64,000 nucleotides of DNA. Source: Paraphysomonas bandaiensis (lineage: Eukaryota > Protista > Chrysophyceae). Below, one piece after another: positions 11,628 to 25,500 of the stretch (positions are counted from its first letter, which is position 1; each line of letters starts with the position of its first letter). Both the position numbers and the translations under genes were made by a program. The notes below the pieces were generated by a model. The model was not told the DNA's origin. It saw only the letters and a list, made by a program, of their open reading frames with translations, and searched no databases. Where the stretch lies: positions 1 to 64,000 of the forward strand of contig CBFFRP010000319.1 in assembly GCA_965644295.1 (NCBI GenBank), written 5' to 3'.

Positions 11628-14605
11628 ATGCAAGCTTTATGGATAGTGATATGTATGTATTGTGTTAGTATTAGTGCTCATATAGCAGCTAATAATGAGG
11701 CAATATTGCTCACTAACACCGGAACGAATTGCTTAGAGAATGGAGACTTGCAGTGTGCACAGAGGAATTATGAGGTGTGTTTTATGCACTCTAACTGCAA
11801 TATATCACATTTTTTGCTCATAGGAAGCGATCAAACTTCAGTTCAATTTTGATATTGCACATTATAACTATGGGATATGTCTGGAGAACATGAAATTCTA
11901 TGAAGCTGCAGCGCATCATTACAGACAAGCTGCAATATGGGCTACGAGTGACGAGATAAAGGCAAGTGCATTGATGCATATGGCAATTATTGCATATCGA
12001 TACCGGGCAACGGATTCGGAGATTAAGAAAAGTGTGGAGATATTGAAAATTGCCAAGAAACTTAACCCAGATGATGATGCGATAGCTCAAAACCTGGGAT
12101 TGTTGTATAGCAATATGGGAATGCATGAGCATGCCGTAGATCTGTACGAGGAACTTGTCTTACGGAACCCCAGTAATATCAATGCCGCTATTGGCGCTGG
12201 TAATGGGTTCTATCAAATGGGTACTTATGCGACTGCGATAGAATGGTACAGGAAGGCCATAAATATGGCATTAATTTCTGTTGGTAGCGATTCGAGTGTG
12301 TTAGCTCAGTTATATGGCAACGTGGGAGGATGCTATAAGAAGCTCGACGACATGTTTTATGCCGAAGAGGCCTTTAAGGTTTCAGCGCAATATGCCCAAG
12401 TCACCTCTGGTGGCACGAAAGTGGTTCGTCTCAAGGGGTGGGCCCTCAGCAACCTCTGGGTGGCACGGGGTATGATGTGCGAATGGCGAGGAATGGAAGA
12501 ATTGGAGCACGAATTGGGTGCCGCTCTAAAGGATGTAGTGACTGTAGCTGCAGATGACCAGGCAACATATGCACAAGTTGCGCCGAGTGAGTGGGGTGAG
12601 ATGGATTCATTTGGGTTCATGTTTAACAGGTACAACGTATATTGTGCATGCGATAAGGCATATATGTAATCTTCATTGTTTCAGATATGCCAGTATTATA
12701 TCTGATCGATTACTGGCAGAGGTGAACTGCCTCTACCATTCATCTCTATCATCTGCACTTAGCCTAGCTGTGTCTAATTCCCAAAGCTTTGACGAAACTC
12801 GGAAAAAAACTCTTAGAGTGGGATATCTAAGCGGAGAGTGGAGAGACCACCCCACTGGTAGACTCTCCAGCTGGTAAGGTGCTGTGTTTATAGTAACGTG
12901 TAGAATAACTGTTGTACACTGGGTTACTATACACTCGAGTTATGATAGTGCTAACCCGTTCCGTACAGGCTAGTGACACACCACAATGGCTCAATCGTAT
13001 CATCTCTAAGTATCAGCTATAGTGCAGACGATCAAAGTGATGCACTTCAATACATTATTTCCCACTCACCTGAATTCGTGGATCTCAGCGGCCACAGCAC
13101 GCCAAAGGCGGCATCTATAATTGCGTCTCATACGCCAGATATTCTAGTAGACTTATCAGGTCTACAGAAAGATAGCAGAGCAGAGATACCTGCCATGAAG
13201 CCTGCTGCAGTAGTAGTAAACTATCTTGGGTATCCTGGTACCACAGGCTGTGTATCCCACGACTTTATAATTGCGGACAGATGGGTTTTGCCACCAGAGG
13301 TGGCCGAAAGTGTTTCTGAACGGATAGTGTACGTCTTTGGTGGTAGAAGCTATCAAGCGAATAACATGCCCCTCCATATTAGCCCCTGCTCTATGCTCAG
13401 TGGTAAAACGCAGTGTAGGGAGAGGATGTTGCACTCCCTACAGAAATATTCGCAGGATCATCTGATAGGCGTGATAGATATATTTCAGCCACGTCGTTTG
13501 CGTGAAGTTAACGTACTTCTTTGTGCCATGAATTCGAAGTGGAAGTTTGAGCCCCACGCTTTTACAGGTGCACCTGCCATGGTTGATGTTTCTTCGTTGA
13601 TAAGTATACCATTATGTTATCAGTGTGGATGAATATATTGCGACGAGTTCCCACGGCACTTCTTCTTGTGCTATCACCTGGTCGTCACGCAGAGCTAAAA
13701 CTCATTCTAGAAGCTGCTACTCATGGAATTTCGCCAAATAGAATTATTTTTCTTCCACCGGTAAGTTTAGTGCTCAGTGATTGTACTTCATCTCGACGCT
13801 GCCATTTACAACTCCTAAGCAACCACTTATCACAACAATGTGTTACTTAGTTACCTTGGAAGGACCACTTGTATCGTTCCGCAGCGTGCGACATGATGCT
13901 GGATACCTTCACTGTGGGTGCTCACACTACAGCTGCAGAAATGTTGTGGCAATGGGTTCCTATTATAACTCTCCATGGTAAGATATGGAATATATGCTCT
14001 GTATTATTTTCAGTCAATGAATTGATCCTGTCATAGAGCGAGGAAGTGGTAGAACACCGTCCAGGATCGCAGCCTCTTTAGTAAACTCAGTTGGAAATGT
14101 CGCTCGGCTCTTAGTAGCATACACTGTACAGGAGTATGAGAATATTGCTATCAGGTAGTATGCTTTCAATTGCTTGTTGATTGTGTAACGGTTCATCATA
14201 TAATATAGATTATGTTATTCTTCTCATCTACGTGGAATTAAAGCTTCAATTGCCGAAAACCATCTATCGTCTGCTACGTTTGATAAGTTTTCTTTTCAGA
14301 AGTCGATGGAACAAACCTACCAGCAGATATGGGAGGTACGGCGCTATTCTAAAGTGAAAGAACAGAAATTGTTTCACATCCTTGGTGCATCGTCTCCTCC
14401 AAGGAAGAGTGCGAAAAACATCACGCAACCTTCACAGCTACAAACGCATGCACGCCACGTTCTAGAGGAGCTTAAACGCCTGAATGAGAATCGTGATTTA
14501 GTGTTAAGTTATAGCGAAGATGCTGCTGCCGCTCTTCGTGATTGTGGTACCGATATTAGTGCATGTATAGATTCGTTACGAATAAGAGTTGGTCAGGCAA
14601 TATGA
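11628..14605 (+). CDS. TPR + GT41 O-GlcNAc transferase/SPINDLY-like glycosyltransferase, multi-exon, predicted signal peptide
   Basis: TPR repeats; RVGYLSGEWRDHPTG; DILVDLSG; YLGYPGTTG..DFIIAD; DTFTVGAHTT; hydrophobic N-terminus MQALWIVICMYCVSISA. Confidence 0.85.
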
Positions 14606-15047
14606 TTATTGAAAAGACAACGTCGTTATTTACCATCTACCTGTGGATAGTGTTTAGCCATTAGTTTCTTTGCGTGTTAAAAATAAACTATTTTCTACAT
14701 CAAGTATATTGTAATATGATGGGTGAGTAGTTCCCAAAGAAATAAAATACTTTATTATGGCGTCCGAAAAATGAGATGATTTGTACGATTCTGATATGAT
14801 GACCTTTGCTTAAAGTTGAATAATTAGTACTGTAAATTTAGCTATCCTTCTTGGTTGATTATTATGTCAATTCATCATATATATGCTGGCACCAATAAGG
14901 AGAATTGTGATCTGCTCTCTAAACTTATTAGGGCACACAGTATTCAGTATTCCTTCCTACTACATGAATCCATTTCTTGTCATAGGTGAAAGTGGTACTT
15001 GGTTCATATGATGATAGAATCAATGAGTACGTGGTAGTGATAAAATG

Positions 15048-15370
15048 GGGAAATATTATTCAACCTAGTCAAATTGGTTGAAATGCTTTTGTCGGTATTT
15101 CTTTCTATATGTGTTAAATTATCACGCCGGGGCCTGCAGGGCTATGTAACAAAAAATTGTCTATTAATAGGTCCAGGTTGTAGTCAATTATAATTATAAT
15201 TACAATTTACTGTCCCATTTTCAACTATTGCAATGCCTATATGGGAAATATTATTCAACCTCTAGTCAATTTGGTTTAAAAAAAACTAGTCATACCAAAA
15301 TTGGTTGATAACGTAGTCAAAGTAATAATTATTGAGCCTAATAGTCAATTTTGGTGTGTAACCTAGTCAT
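15048..15370 (+). repeat. Two solo fragments of the Mutator-like MITE TIR (GGGAAATATTATTCAACCTAGTCA)
   Basis: Copies at 15048 and 15243 match the TIR of the 38316-38658 element. Confidence 0.75.
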
Positions 15371-15685
15371 TCTTATATCCATTAATTACACACTGTGAGT
15401 GTCTAAGATTCCAGCTCACACCACACACTACATATTAAAAGTAACATTCAAACATAACATTTAATTCATTTATACATATCTACTTAATACAGTGTACGTG
15501 TATGTGTATCCAGCCAATCTATATAGCTTATAACTATATATATAGCGATGGGTTCCTTGTGTTGTAAAACTTTACTTTGGTGGAACAAGTCCTCCATTGC
15601 GGTGAAGAAATAAGATATATTGCCATTTTGTTAGACTGAGTCGATGTGTTTACAGTTTACAGGTAGTAGTAGTAGTGGTGGTTGT

Positions 15686-16140
15686 CAGGGCTGCGTATCT
15701 ATTAATCTCAAGTTGTAATCAATTATAATTGCAATTATTACTTGTTGTCTCAATTTCAATTATTGCTTGCAATTATTTAATACTAAACACTAAATTACAT
15801 TTATTTGCTGTCAATATAGCTACCTCAACTGTCTTTTCATTCCAGAGACGACGGTTCATGCGTAAAAACATCAGTAACTCCAAATGCCGAGGAGTCATAC
15901 TCTTGCGCAAATCCGTCATAACAACCTTTCACTTTCAACCTTATTGGTTGTGGCATTCAAGTTCTTCATGCTGCGGTAACGAGTTTTCTGGTTAAGACGT
16001 GCTCGCTTCCGCTGTCTGCTACCATCAATCAAACGTTGCGCTGCGTCATCATTCTGAACTAGACTCTCACTGTCATCATCTTCTTCATCCTCATGAGCAA
16101 AAATACTTAATTTGATCCATACTTCACTGGTTGGTGGTAG
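15686..16140 (-). mobile_element. hAT transposon 3' remnant (C-terminal dimerization domain plus TIR)
   Basis: Minus strand RYRSMKNLNATTNKVE / VVMTDLRKSMTPRHLELLMFLRMNRRLW (frameshifted); TIR CAGGGCTGCGTA at 15686. Confidence 0.78.
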
Positions 16141-16242
16141 TGTGTAGTATAGGCATGTTGTAGAAGTTCAATGAATTTACTTGTATAATATATTGCTTGC
16201 TTAGAATATAAGCTACCTCATCATGTTAAGTTATTTCTAGTT

Positions 16243-17069
16243 TTATGATACAGTTTTCCTAAGCTTCTTCCTTTTTTTCTTCTGCTTACCAATATATTTC
16301 GCTATGTCTACATTGCCAATTTCATACGCTAAAGCATTACCATCAGTGATATCTGGACGGGTGTAGGTGAAGAAACAGATTCTACGCACACCTATAGTAG
16401 GGTCCGTATTATTTGGGGTCTGCTTGTTGGCAAGTCCCCTGTGCACAGTGCGTCCATCCAAGACCAATATATCACCTCTAGAGAGTGAGACATGTTCCTC
16501 CTTCTCGACGACGATACCAGGCTTATGAGAACCAGGAATAACAGCAGTTTTGCCACATCGGTCATCTGTGTTCTGTAATGGTATCAAAATGCCAATATAA
16601 TGCAGGGTGGATTGCCACTCTGTCACAGCAGAATCGGATTCGTCTGTCGGGATACTGTCCGTGTGTGCTGGCTGGTCTTCAGAACCTGATTGCAATTTTT
16701 AGTTATGATAAGTGCATAATACCCAATAACAAGAAGCTTCACTAGCTCACCTGGCTCACTAACAATACAAAAACACTCCGCAGGCATCAAGTCAGGACAC
16801 AGATCCTTAACCAGTGCAGTGAGAGACTCCAATTGGAAGGTATCACTCTCTGTGCCTTCTCTCTTTCTCTTCCCATCATCAGGTACAGCACGTGATAATG
16901 AATATTCATATCTCTTGGGGTCAGAGGATTGACTGTATTGATGTCTCAGACTCTGATCAGGGGCCTGCTCTGCTACACGCCTATCAAGACGCTCCATATC
17001 TGATGTAGACAGATATTGACGAACAACAGTGTATCCTGACTCCAGGAACTGTTTCCTGTGTTCTGTCAT
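16243..17069 (-). CDS. PhyH-family Fe(II)/2-oxoglutarate dioxygenase (intron 16686-16750)
   Basis: FLESGYTVVRQYL, QPAHTD (HxD), IPGSH, GDILVLDGRTVHRGLAN. Confidence 0.88.
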
Positions 17070-17156
17070 AGGAGGAGATGGAGAGTCAGAGGAGATGTCG
17101 CACAAGAAGAGGATTATGCGGGGTAGCTATGCACAACTCTCTCGACCACTCCAATG

Positions 17157-17730
17157 TATGTATGTATGTATGTATGTATGTATGTATGTATGTATGTATG
17201 TATGTATGTATGTATGTATGTATGTATGTATGTATGTATGTATGTATGTATGTATGTATGTATGTATGTATGTATGTATGTATGTATGTATGTATGTATG
17301 TATGTATGTATGTATGTATGTATGTATGTATGTATGTATGTATGTATGTATGTATGTATGTATGTATGTATGTATGTATGTATGTATGTATGTATGTATG
17401 TATGTATGTATGTATGTATGTATGTATGTATGTATGTATGTATGTATGTATGTATGTATGTATGTATGTATGTATGTATGTATGTATGTATGTATGTATG
17501 TATGTATGTATGTATGTATGTATGTATGTATGTATGTATGTATGTATGTATGTATGTATGTATGTATGTATGTATGTATGTATGTATGTATGTATGTATG
17601 TATGTATGTATGTATGTATGTATGTATGTATGTATGTATGTATGTATGTATGTATGTATGTATGTGTATCTAGGTAGGTAGGTAGGTAGGTAGGTAGGTT
17701 GGTAGGAAGGTAGGTAGGGTAGGTAGTTAG
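17157..17730. repeat. Perfect (TATG)n microsatellite, ~127 units (17157-17664), followed by degenerate (TAGG)n
   Basis: Directly visible. Confidence 0.99.
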
Positions 17731-18854
17731 GTATGTACATTATTCGCACTGTATATAAGTACGAAATACATTAGTACAGATTCAAGCAACATCTCGCATT
17801 CATAGAAAGGAGCTCACTTTACAGTCTAAAGTGCATCTTCCTCAAACTATTCTAGTATAGTACTCCTCACGCATATCCGCCACACTCCACTCTAAGTTAT
17901 CATCATCTCTAGTTGATTATTCCATCGGATTTCATTAATTAAGATCTACTATCCGCATTTTTAGATCAATTTAACAGTCTGAACTGCTATTCTACACGTA
18001 TTAAACTGACACTTATTCATCGCACCTGACTACATCCATTGCCACAGTACGTATGCTCATTTATTTCATGATACTAACTACTAGAAGTGAAGTGATACTT
18101 AATCTCCTTATTGTTTGAGGGTATCAGTCGACAACCTCCGGTGTTGAGACATCTGCCCCCTTCCGAGCGTGTAACTGTTGCGTCGGGATATAACACAAAC
18201 TTTTTACGTCGATTTCACATAGTCACTCATCAGTGTCCTCATCTGTTCGTGTAAAGTATTGCGAACAAACGTAACAACTCCCAACCTGACGAAGATGTAT
18301 TGTGTTGATTTGACAATACGCACAAAAGTAAATACTCCGGAATTATTGTGATCATTTATATGTATTGCTTATATTAATTGCAACAACCTTTCGATGGGGT
18401 AACGCCCTCGGAGTAGAAAACACCTGGGAAGGCGTGTGTTGAATGGTAAGAGATCCAAAGATTATCACTTTTGATAAATACACAATGAATCTGTGTTCAC
18501 GGACTGCTTTAGGCATTGTCATCACCCTTTACTACATCATATATTGCAATAGAAAAGTACGCAGTAGTGCTAGGAACTAAATATATGACGTTTGATCGGT
18601 GCAGTGTAGCATCGCTCAGTATTTATTAGGATTCAGCTTAGTACAAGATTGTATCTGTGAGTTTAATGTTCAATGAAATATATTACAAACTGAATTAGAC
18701 AAAGTATCTGTTGAAGATACATGATCGTCAGTATCAGTTATACTTCTAACTATTCCGTCGTGCATGATAGTGTGTGTTCATGCGTTCATCACTTTACACT
18801 CTAATAATCAATAATCACAATTGATCTTACAATTCTTTATTGTATTATAGTTAT

Positions 18855-18974
18855 ATTTAACCACGGGCAATAAGGAGGCTATATCGTCCCGCGCTCAAAA
18901 TTTTGAAACGAGGGCGAAAAGCCCGAGTTTTAAAATTTAGACAAGGGACGATACTCCTTATCCCTAGGTTAAAT
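18855..18974. repeat. 120-bp imperfect palindrome (hairpin element)
   Basis: ATTTAACC..ATAAGGAG..TATCGTCCC..AAATTTT..GGGC-GAAAA-GCCC..AAAATTT..GGGACGATA..CTCCTTAT..GGTTAAAT. Confidence 0.8.
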
Positions 18975-19825
18975 TGTAGCTTATCCTCATGACGTTGAAA
19001 AGTTAATATTAGATTGTATAGCTATTTGTAGCATGCTTGCTGTATTAAGAAATAGATGTTCCTTGATTAACATTAATAACACAAATGAGAACTCATATAG
19101 TTTTAAATGAATGATATGTATACTGTAAGTGTGATGATAAATGTAAACAGTTGAAGATGAAAGAGATGCTTCTTATTGCCTTAATTAGCATCATCATCAC
19201 ATTTATATACAGCAGGCTTTACCTCTGCAAGTGCACCTGATCGAAAGATGTGTGTATGATACGAAACACACAATATCCTGAGAAGCATGATACGGCTCCA
19301 ACCCTGAAAGAACTGGGTGCCACTGCTCCTAACCACCTATATAGCATCAGATATGGTACTTAAACTCTCCTGTAATATTCTTGAAGTTGTTTCGAAGTCC
19401 TGGATATGAAGACAGATCACTTGCACTGACCTCATTATGATCTTCTACAGCAGTCGAAGGATGGAATATAACTTGGAGTTAGATGATCTGCTCTTGATAT
19501 TTGGCTCATGATTGTGGTTTCTCTATAATTGTGTACTATAATGAAATCACGTACATTCGACTGTCATTATCATAATGAAGATGGAAGTGAGCTTCTGTTG
19601 AACCGAATATTGAAGTTGAATGTCTATATTTGCCCGGTGGTGATATGAGCGCCCTGTTGAGCCCAAATCAGGTCAAAAAAAAGCATTTTTTGAGACAAAA
19701 TGGGGATAAACATATTGTGCCATCCCACAAGGTGTGTATGAAGAATCCACATTCCTTCGCTATCACTAATTGATGTTGCACTTGCTGGCTTGTAGGAAGT
19801 CAATTTTACTACTTCATATGTATAC

Positions 19826-19942
19826 CAGGTTTGCGTAACAATTAATTGGTGACAGATGTCCAACTATAATATTTGCAATTATTAATCAAGCATCCAATTA
19901 TTGCCAATAAATTGAAAACTAATTAATTGTTACGCAAGCCTG
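19826..19942. mobile_element. 117-bp hAT-type MITE
   Basis: 22-bp TIR CAGG(T/C)TTGCGTAACAATTAATT; 8-bp TSD ATGTATAC at 19818-19825 and 19943-19950. Confidence 0.93.
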
Positions 19943-20360
19943 ATGTATACCACTTAGGAATTTATGCCCTTAAGGAAGTTATCGTTGTTATTTTACAAAG
20001 GTGTGATTGTATCTCTTTCTCTGCGTACACAGAACGAATGATAGCCAGAAAACAAAATAAGGGCTATGTTGAAACAAAGTGTTAAATATTTCTGACAAAA
20101 TCATTCTCATATTTTACTAACAGCTTGTCAGGTTTCCATTCTGCACAGGATGTAACTTCAAACAGAGTATTACTTACAACAAAATGCAGATGTGGAAATA
20201 GCTACCCATCACTTAACTATGCAGCTCACAGCATGTCGCCAACACAGGCAATACTCCATATCCACTACAACATAATTATTCATCGCTCTTACACTCTATG
20301 TTACTATTCGACATCGCAAAACGGCAGATTCGCTCAATAAGTAAAATTAAGAAAACGCAC

Positions 20361-20693
20361 CTAAATAGAAAGGCCAAATACAACTACAATGCACGTCATG
20401 GTTTCATTTTCAAACTTAACCGTCACAGAGCCGTCATGTTTGGCATCCCATAGACTGACAGCAGAATAGTGCAATCCGGCACCAACCTTCTGCTGGACAA
20501 TAGAACTAACAACATACTTAAAATTAGGAGACAGTTTCTTCAGGTTATCGACGCAGCTATTGTTTATTGAATCGATCCATTCAGCAACTTTTCCAGCAGA
20601 ATATCTTTGGTCTCTTAAAACCTGACTTGCTAAATTTTGAATTCTACCCGATATTTCATCGTGCAGATCGTTGAATGCAATAACGTCAGACAT
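20361..20693 (-). CDS. DYNLT1: Dynein light chain Tctex-1 family
   Basis: 110 aa; FKYVVSSIVQQKVGAGLH...WDAKHDG...CIVVVFGLSI. Confidence 0.92.
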   Translation of the reverse strand: MSDVIAFNDLHDEISGRIQNLASQVLRDQRYSAGKVAEWIDSINNSCVDNLKKLSPNFKYVVSSIVQQKVGAGLHYSAVSLWDAKHDGSVTVKFENETMTCIVVVFGLSI

Positions 20694-21553
20694 TTCTAAG
20701 GAATGTTTACTCGATATAAGAACAGTGCTATACTACGCAATGATATTGCTGTATATAAGGCTACTGGCACAAGTTGATGAATATAAGTGTCTGACTCTCC
20801 GCACAATACTTTAGAGTAACATACATGTGACAAGCAAGTCTATCATAACACAGACATACATGTCTATATACTGCTCTACGTATACATGTATAGTATGTAG
20901 AGTGTAGAGTGTATATACCGCCCCATACAAATAAAAGAAAACGAAAGGTGTTCCGGTATTCCTTTGTATTATCCGTATTCTCTCTAAAACTGAAATATTT
21001 TGAAATCTTGTTGTAGGAATTCCTAGTATTTTTTTTATTATGCTTCTGGAAAAAAATATGGTATTATTATGTGTGGATGGTATTGTGTTGGTGTGTATGT
21101 ACCAAGTTCAATACCTATCATACCTAAACAAAAGCTGATGATTGGATATGTCCCTTATCAAAGGCTGCTGCCAATTTCCCCAGCTCGATATGTTGTAGTA
21201 GTTGTATTATACCCGTATACTCCAGATATACAGTACGTGTCCTGGAGACATTTACCCACAACAGTCTACATACATACACACACATACCACTGCTATGTGC
21301 TGTCTTGTTGCATAACAATCAATGCATACTAGTTTATATATTGCACAGAATTAATTAAGAAGAGCATTTGTAGACCTCTTCTCGTGTATATTTGTTGTAT
21401 CCATATATTTGGACATTTCTTATCTCTCGTTCAGTGCAATAGCAGTGCATGAGATTGCTTCATATCTATAGGTAGAGGTAATCCCCAGGCGGGTAGCAGT
21501 TGACACTATCGTTCATACAACATTCTTTATCAGTTGACCTCTATACATGAGAT

Positions 21554-22793
21554 ATGGATAAATGCAATTTGATAGTCAACTACCTCCCGCCAGATGTTAA
21601 TGACGCCCACTTAAAGGCATTTGACTGTGTATGTATTCGTCTTGACTTGATTGACTTTATCTGCAGGCTCTTTTCACACAATACGGCAATGTGGTACATT
21701 CTAAAGTTGTTAAAGAGAAGATAACCGGAAAGAGCTCATGTTATGGCTTCGTTCTGTTTGAAAAAGAGGCTGAAGCAGCAGTTGCACTCGATGCAATTAA
21801 CGGCATGGAAATTGGTGGCAAAAAATTAAAGGTCAGCGTTGCCCGACCCAGAAAGAAATCATGCGTATCGAATACGAAACTTTTTATTACTGGTCTGCCG
21901 CTCTTCTACAGGGAATCAGATGTGAAACAACTCTTTTCTCAGGTTTGTATGCCGAGATATTGTTTCTAGATGTGACGATATTTATTCAGTATGGTGACGT
22001 TGTCAGTGTTCGTCTTCTAACTCATAGTAGCACTGGCAATAGCAAGGGCACTGCATTCCTTGAGTATAATGAGTCTAGTGAGTGTGAGAAAGGTGTGGGC
22101 ATGTCTATCACTTTGTGTTGCTTCTAATTGTGTGCTGCAACAGCGACATCTGCATTGCACAACACAAAACTGGCAGGATCCCAATCTGTACTAGCTGTTG
22201 TACGAACAAATCCCAATCACTACGAAATGAAAAAACTCGGTAAGGTGAAGAGCGATAGCAGAAGTCAACAAGATAAGACTGAGCCTACTTCTGAATGCCC
22301 TGTAGCTGCCAGTGCTCCGTCATCAACGCTAACTGTCGAAACACGGGGAAGCGGATCTCTGCACTCTACTACGTCCCCTCACGTGATAACTTCACCTAGA
22401 CATGGACAGCAATCCCTTACTGTGTTCCCGGTGGTTTCACCCATTCCATCGCTCGGTCCCTCGATATTTTGGAACGAAACTACCCCGTCTGTAGCTGCCC
22501 CTGTGGCTGCTGACGTGACAAATCTGCGGTATACTCTCAAGATATGGGACCTTCCAATGTATGCTAACATCGGCCACTTGTATCATATATTTTCTCCGTA
22601 TGGTATTGTAATATCAGCAACTATAGATATTGCGGTTTCTGCAAATGGATTTCTTGCAGGTTATGTCTGTTCTGGCACGGGCTTTGTCGAAATGATTGGA
22701 TCTTCACTTTGCAAGGACGCCGCCTTAGTCACTCTTAATAGTGCTATTGTGTTCGAAGGATGGAATCCACTCAGAGTTGCCATCGTCTGTTGA
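21554..22793 (+). CDS. ELAV/Hu-like multi-RRM RNA-binding protein (3 introns)
   Basis: NLIVNYLP (RNP2), YGFVLF (RNP1), KKLKVSVARP; second RRM KLFITGLP/KGTAFLEY; divergent third RRM after a Ser/Pro linker. Confidence 0.85.
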
Positions 22794-23716
22794 TGCTAAT
22801 GGGCTTCAACATCAACTATTCTCTTCCCTTTGTATCCGTTTGTCGTTTGTACCTCTATTTCGTGATTTGCTTACGATACAGTCATAATTTCCACGATTAT
22901 TTTGCCCTACTATTGAGTCTTTGCGTATATATTCATTGAGGACTCCACAATGTGTTTTATCTTGCATATAAGTCATGTTTCACGTTTGACTACTGGATAG
23001 TGGCATAAGTCTTGTTTCTCTCTGGCCGGACGAGTGCTTCAATATCTACAGGTTTATACTGGGATACAGATTCAGCATTGTTTTAATTTTTGACGCCTGC
23101 GTCACCTTCGCGATTGTTTCTACGATACAATGTATAATTTGCGTGCTATATAGCAATATGAATAAGATTGTGTAAAATATTGTGTTTGGAGCAGCTTCGT
23201 AGTTAGCTGACAGTTGTACTGTACAGGATGTAAATATTATGAAGTGTGTGGAAAAGACTTGGATTAGTACTTGTTCTACATCGTCCTGTATATTTTACTG
23301 TGAAAGAGCTTGTGCATAGCTTGCCTACACTAGCGGCTACCTGACTTACTATCACCACTATTTGAGAAGCCAGCTATCGAATAGCAATTCTATGCAGTTA
23401 AATACTTATAAATAGTTGTCACACAGAGGAGAAGTATTTCAATAGCTGTGGAAAGATGGCTCTTTTAATACCTCCTACTTATCACATGATGGGCTTTTAT
23501 CCGTAAAGCAAAATCTTGAGCCTGTACTGATTGACGAAATATATTATAGTCAAAGATAGAATAAGTTATCCTAAATGTCATATTGAAAGTCCTTTTATTT
23601 AGCAATAGGCGTTAGAAACCTGTACCAATATAGTGGCTAGTTGAATGCTAGACATACTAGTTTGACCTCTACCCATAACTAATCCGTACAAATTCCATTA
23701 TCCTACTATTTTAACG

Positions 23717-25500
23717 CTACAGAAGCTGCTTGTGCGTCGCCGCAAGCACAAGGTGCAACCACTTCCGTTCTTGATGTTGTTTGTGGGTTTCGCCCTGCTC
23801 GTGCGTCTTTGGACTCACTGGCGCGTGTTGTCTGGGGGTCTCCCCTTGGGATACGGTTCCACCAGGCTCTGTGGTACAGGGTTCTGCATTAAGGTCCGAA
23901 GTGTACCGAGCACTAGATGTGTGTGCTGAGAGGTGAGTGGTGTGGTGGAAGGTGGCGTTGTCTCCGTGCATCGTTTGGGCGTCAGGCATAGGTGGAGTTG
24001 CCGGAGACGGCGTCTTTGTCTAGGACCTGATGGTTTCATTCGGTCCGGTGCTTTATTCCTGCGTGTATGAGAGGTGGGGTTCGTGTTTGCGGTGGATGGT
24101 ATTCCAGTCTCTGGTCGTCTTTGGACTCCTAGTAATCGTAGCACCCTTGGGCGTTTCCATTTCTGTTTATGTTTTGCACGCGGTCGCGGGAGTTGCCTAG
24201 GGGGTCCTTTGTGTGAGGTAATGTATCGTCGACTTCGATCCTGGATCATTAGTTTTGCTGCAGCGAAAAGTGGCAGAAGCAAGCTGATGACCGCTGTTTC
24301 AGTGTTGCGCAGACCTTGGGGTGTCAAGGGCTCATGGATGTGATCTCCAAAAATCGTCTCGAGTTGTGCAGTGGTGATCTAGGCACATGTGCATGAGGGA
24401 GTCTAGTCTAGATCCGCAGTCAGAACAGACGGCTTTGGTCAGGTCTAGTCCGTGTTTAGTTTTAGCCCGGTTTCTTCCTATGCTGAAGGATTTCTCCCAT
24501 GTCAATGCTGCATTGAGCACTCGTTTTGGCGTATGTAGGTGACGGCTATCTTTGTCCGTTGATGGACCACCATCTGCTTGCGCCAATTTGCGCGGGAGTA
24601 GTGCCCCACTGTCTGTCCAATATCTAGGTGCCCGGTCGGGATTGTGACCTCTAGTGTTGATCTCTGTATGCAGTGAAGGACTCCAGCGTCCGTTGCCTGC
24701 GGAGGGAATGGAAGTCCGTGAGTAGGGGGCTCGTACGAAATGGCCGTCGTTCCCCCGATAGGCGCCAGTGCCATAAGCCCGCGGTGAGTATTCGCTCAAT
24801 GGCTTGGTCCACTTCTATGTTACAAACAGTGTAATTTTGTCGGCCCAGTAGGCGATCAACCCCAAGTCAGTCCTCTCCGGCTATTGCGTCTGCAATGTAA
24901 ATGCCTTTGTCTTCGTATAAGTCCATTCAGATTCGTCAGTGGTGCGTCGTTCCGGGTGTGATCGAACCCATGCTACTTTCCAAGTACAATCTGTGGTTGC
25001 TGCAATACTTTCGAGCAGGACACCTTCGGCATGATGTTCCAGGGCTCGACGTCTGGTCTTAAATGTCTAATGAGTTGTCGAATGAGTTTTCAGTTGGTTG
25101 CGGTAACGCACAAGCGTGCCTTCTAGGCGTGAGTGTCTTTTTACATTGGCAATTGGCGTTTAAGAGTCAGAACTAATGTAGTATTGCAAATTAACTATTT
25201 ACATATATAGCAGACTAGGCTTCGTCGCTTCTTCCAGAGCTGAGTATGGTTTGTTGCTTGAAGTGTAAGGGCAATTTGAGACGGTCTCAGCGAGAAAGTT
25301 CATGGAGTGGACGATTCCAGTGTGCTTGCATTATTCTGCACTCCCCTATATCGGACATATGTATATATATTATGTACACATATGCCGGAGACACGACAGC
25401 AACTTGTTTGTGTTAGGACAAGTAGATTGAGCAGGAGCGTATGATCTAGCTTAAACAAGCAACTCATTCTATGCCCATGTAGCTAACTAAATCGTGTTGT
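23717..25500 (-). mobile_element. Decayed non-LTR retrotransposon (LINE) 3' part with RNase H and zinc finger
   Basis: GC-richer block; minus strand WKVAWVRSHPERR..EW..GIYIADAIA (RNase H, ~24880-24985) and CSDCGSRLDSLMHMC (zf-RVT-like); multiple frameshifts; boundaries approximate. Confidence 0.7.

Noticed and set aside
17671-17730. (TAGG)n as an interstitial telomere
   Set aside because: Short, degenerate, not TTAGGG/TTTAGGG, and contiguous with the TATG array as a likely variant.
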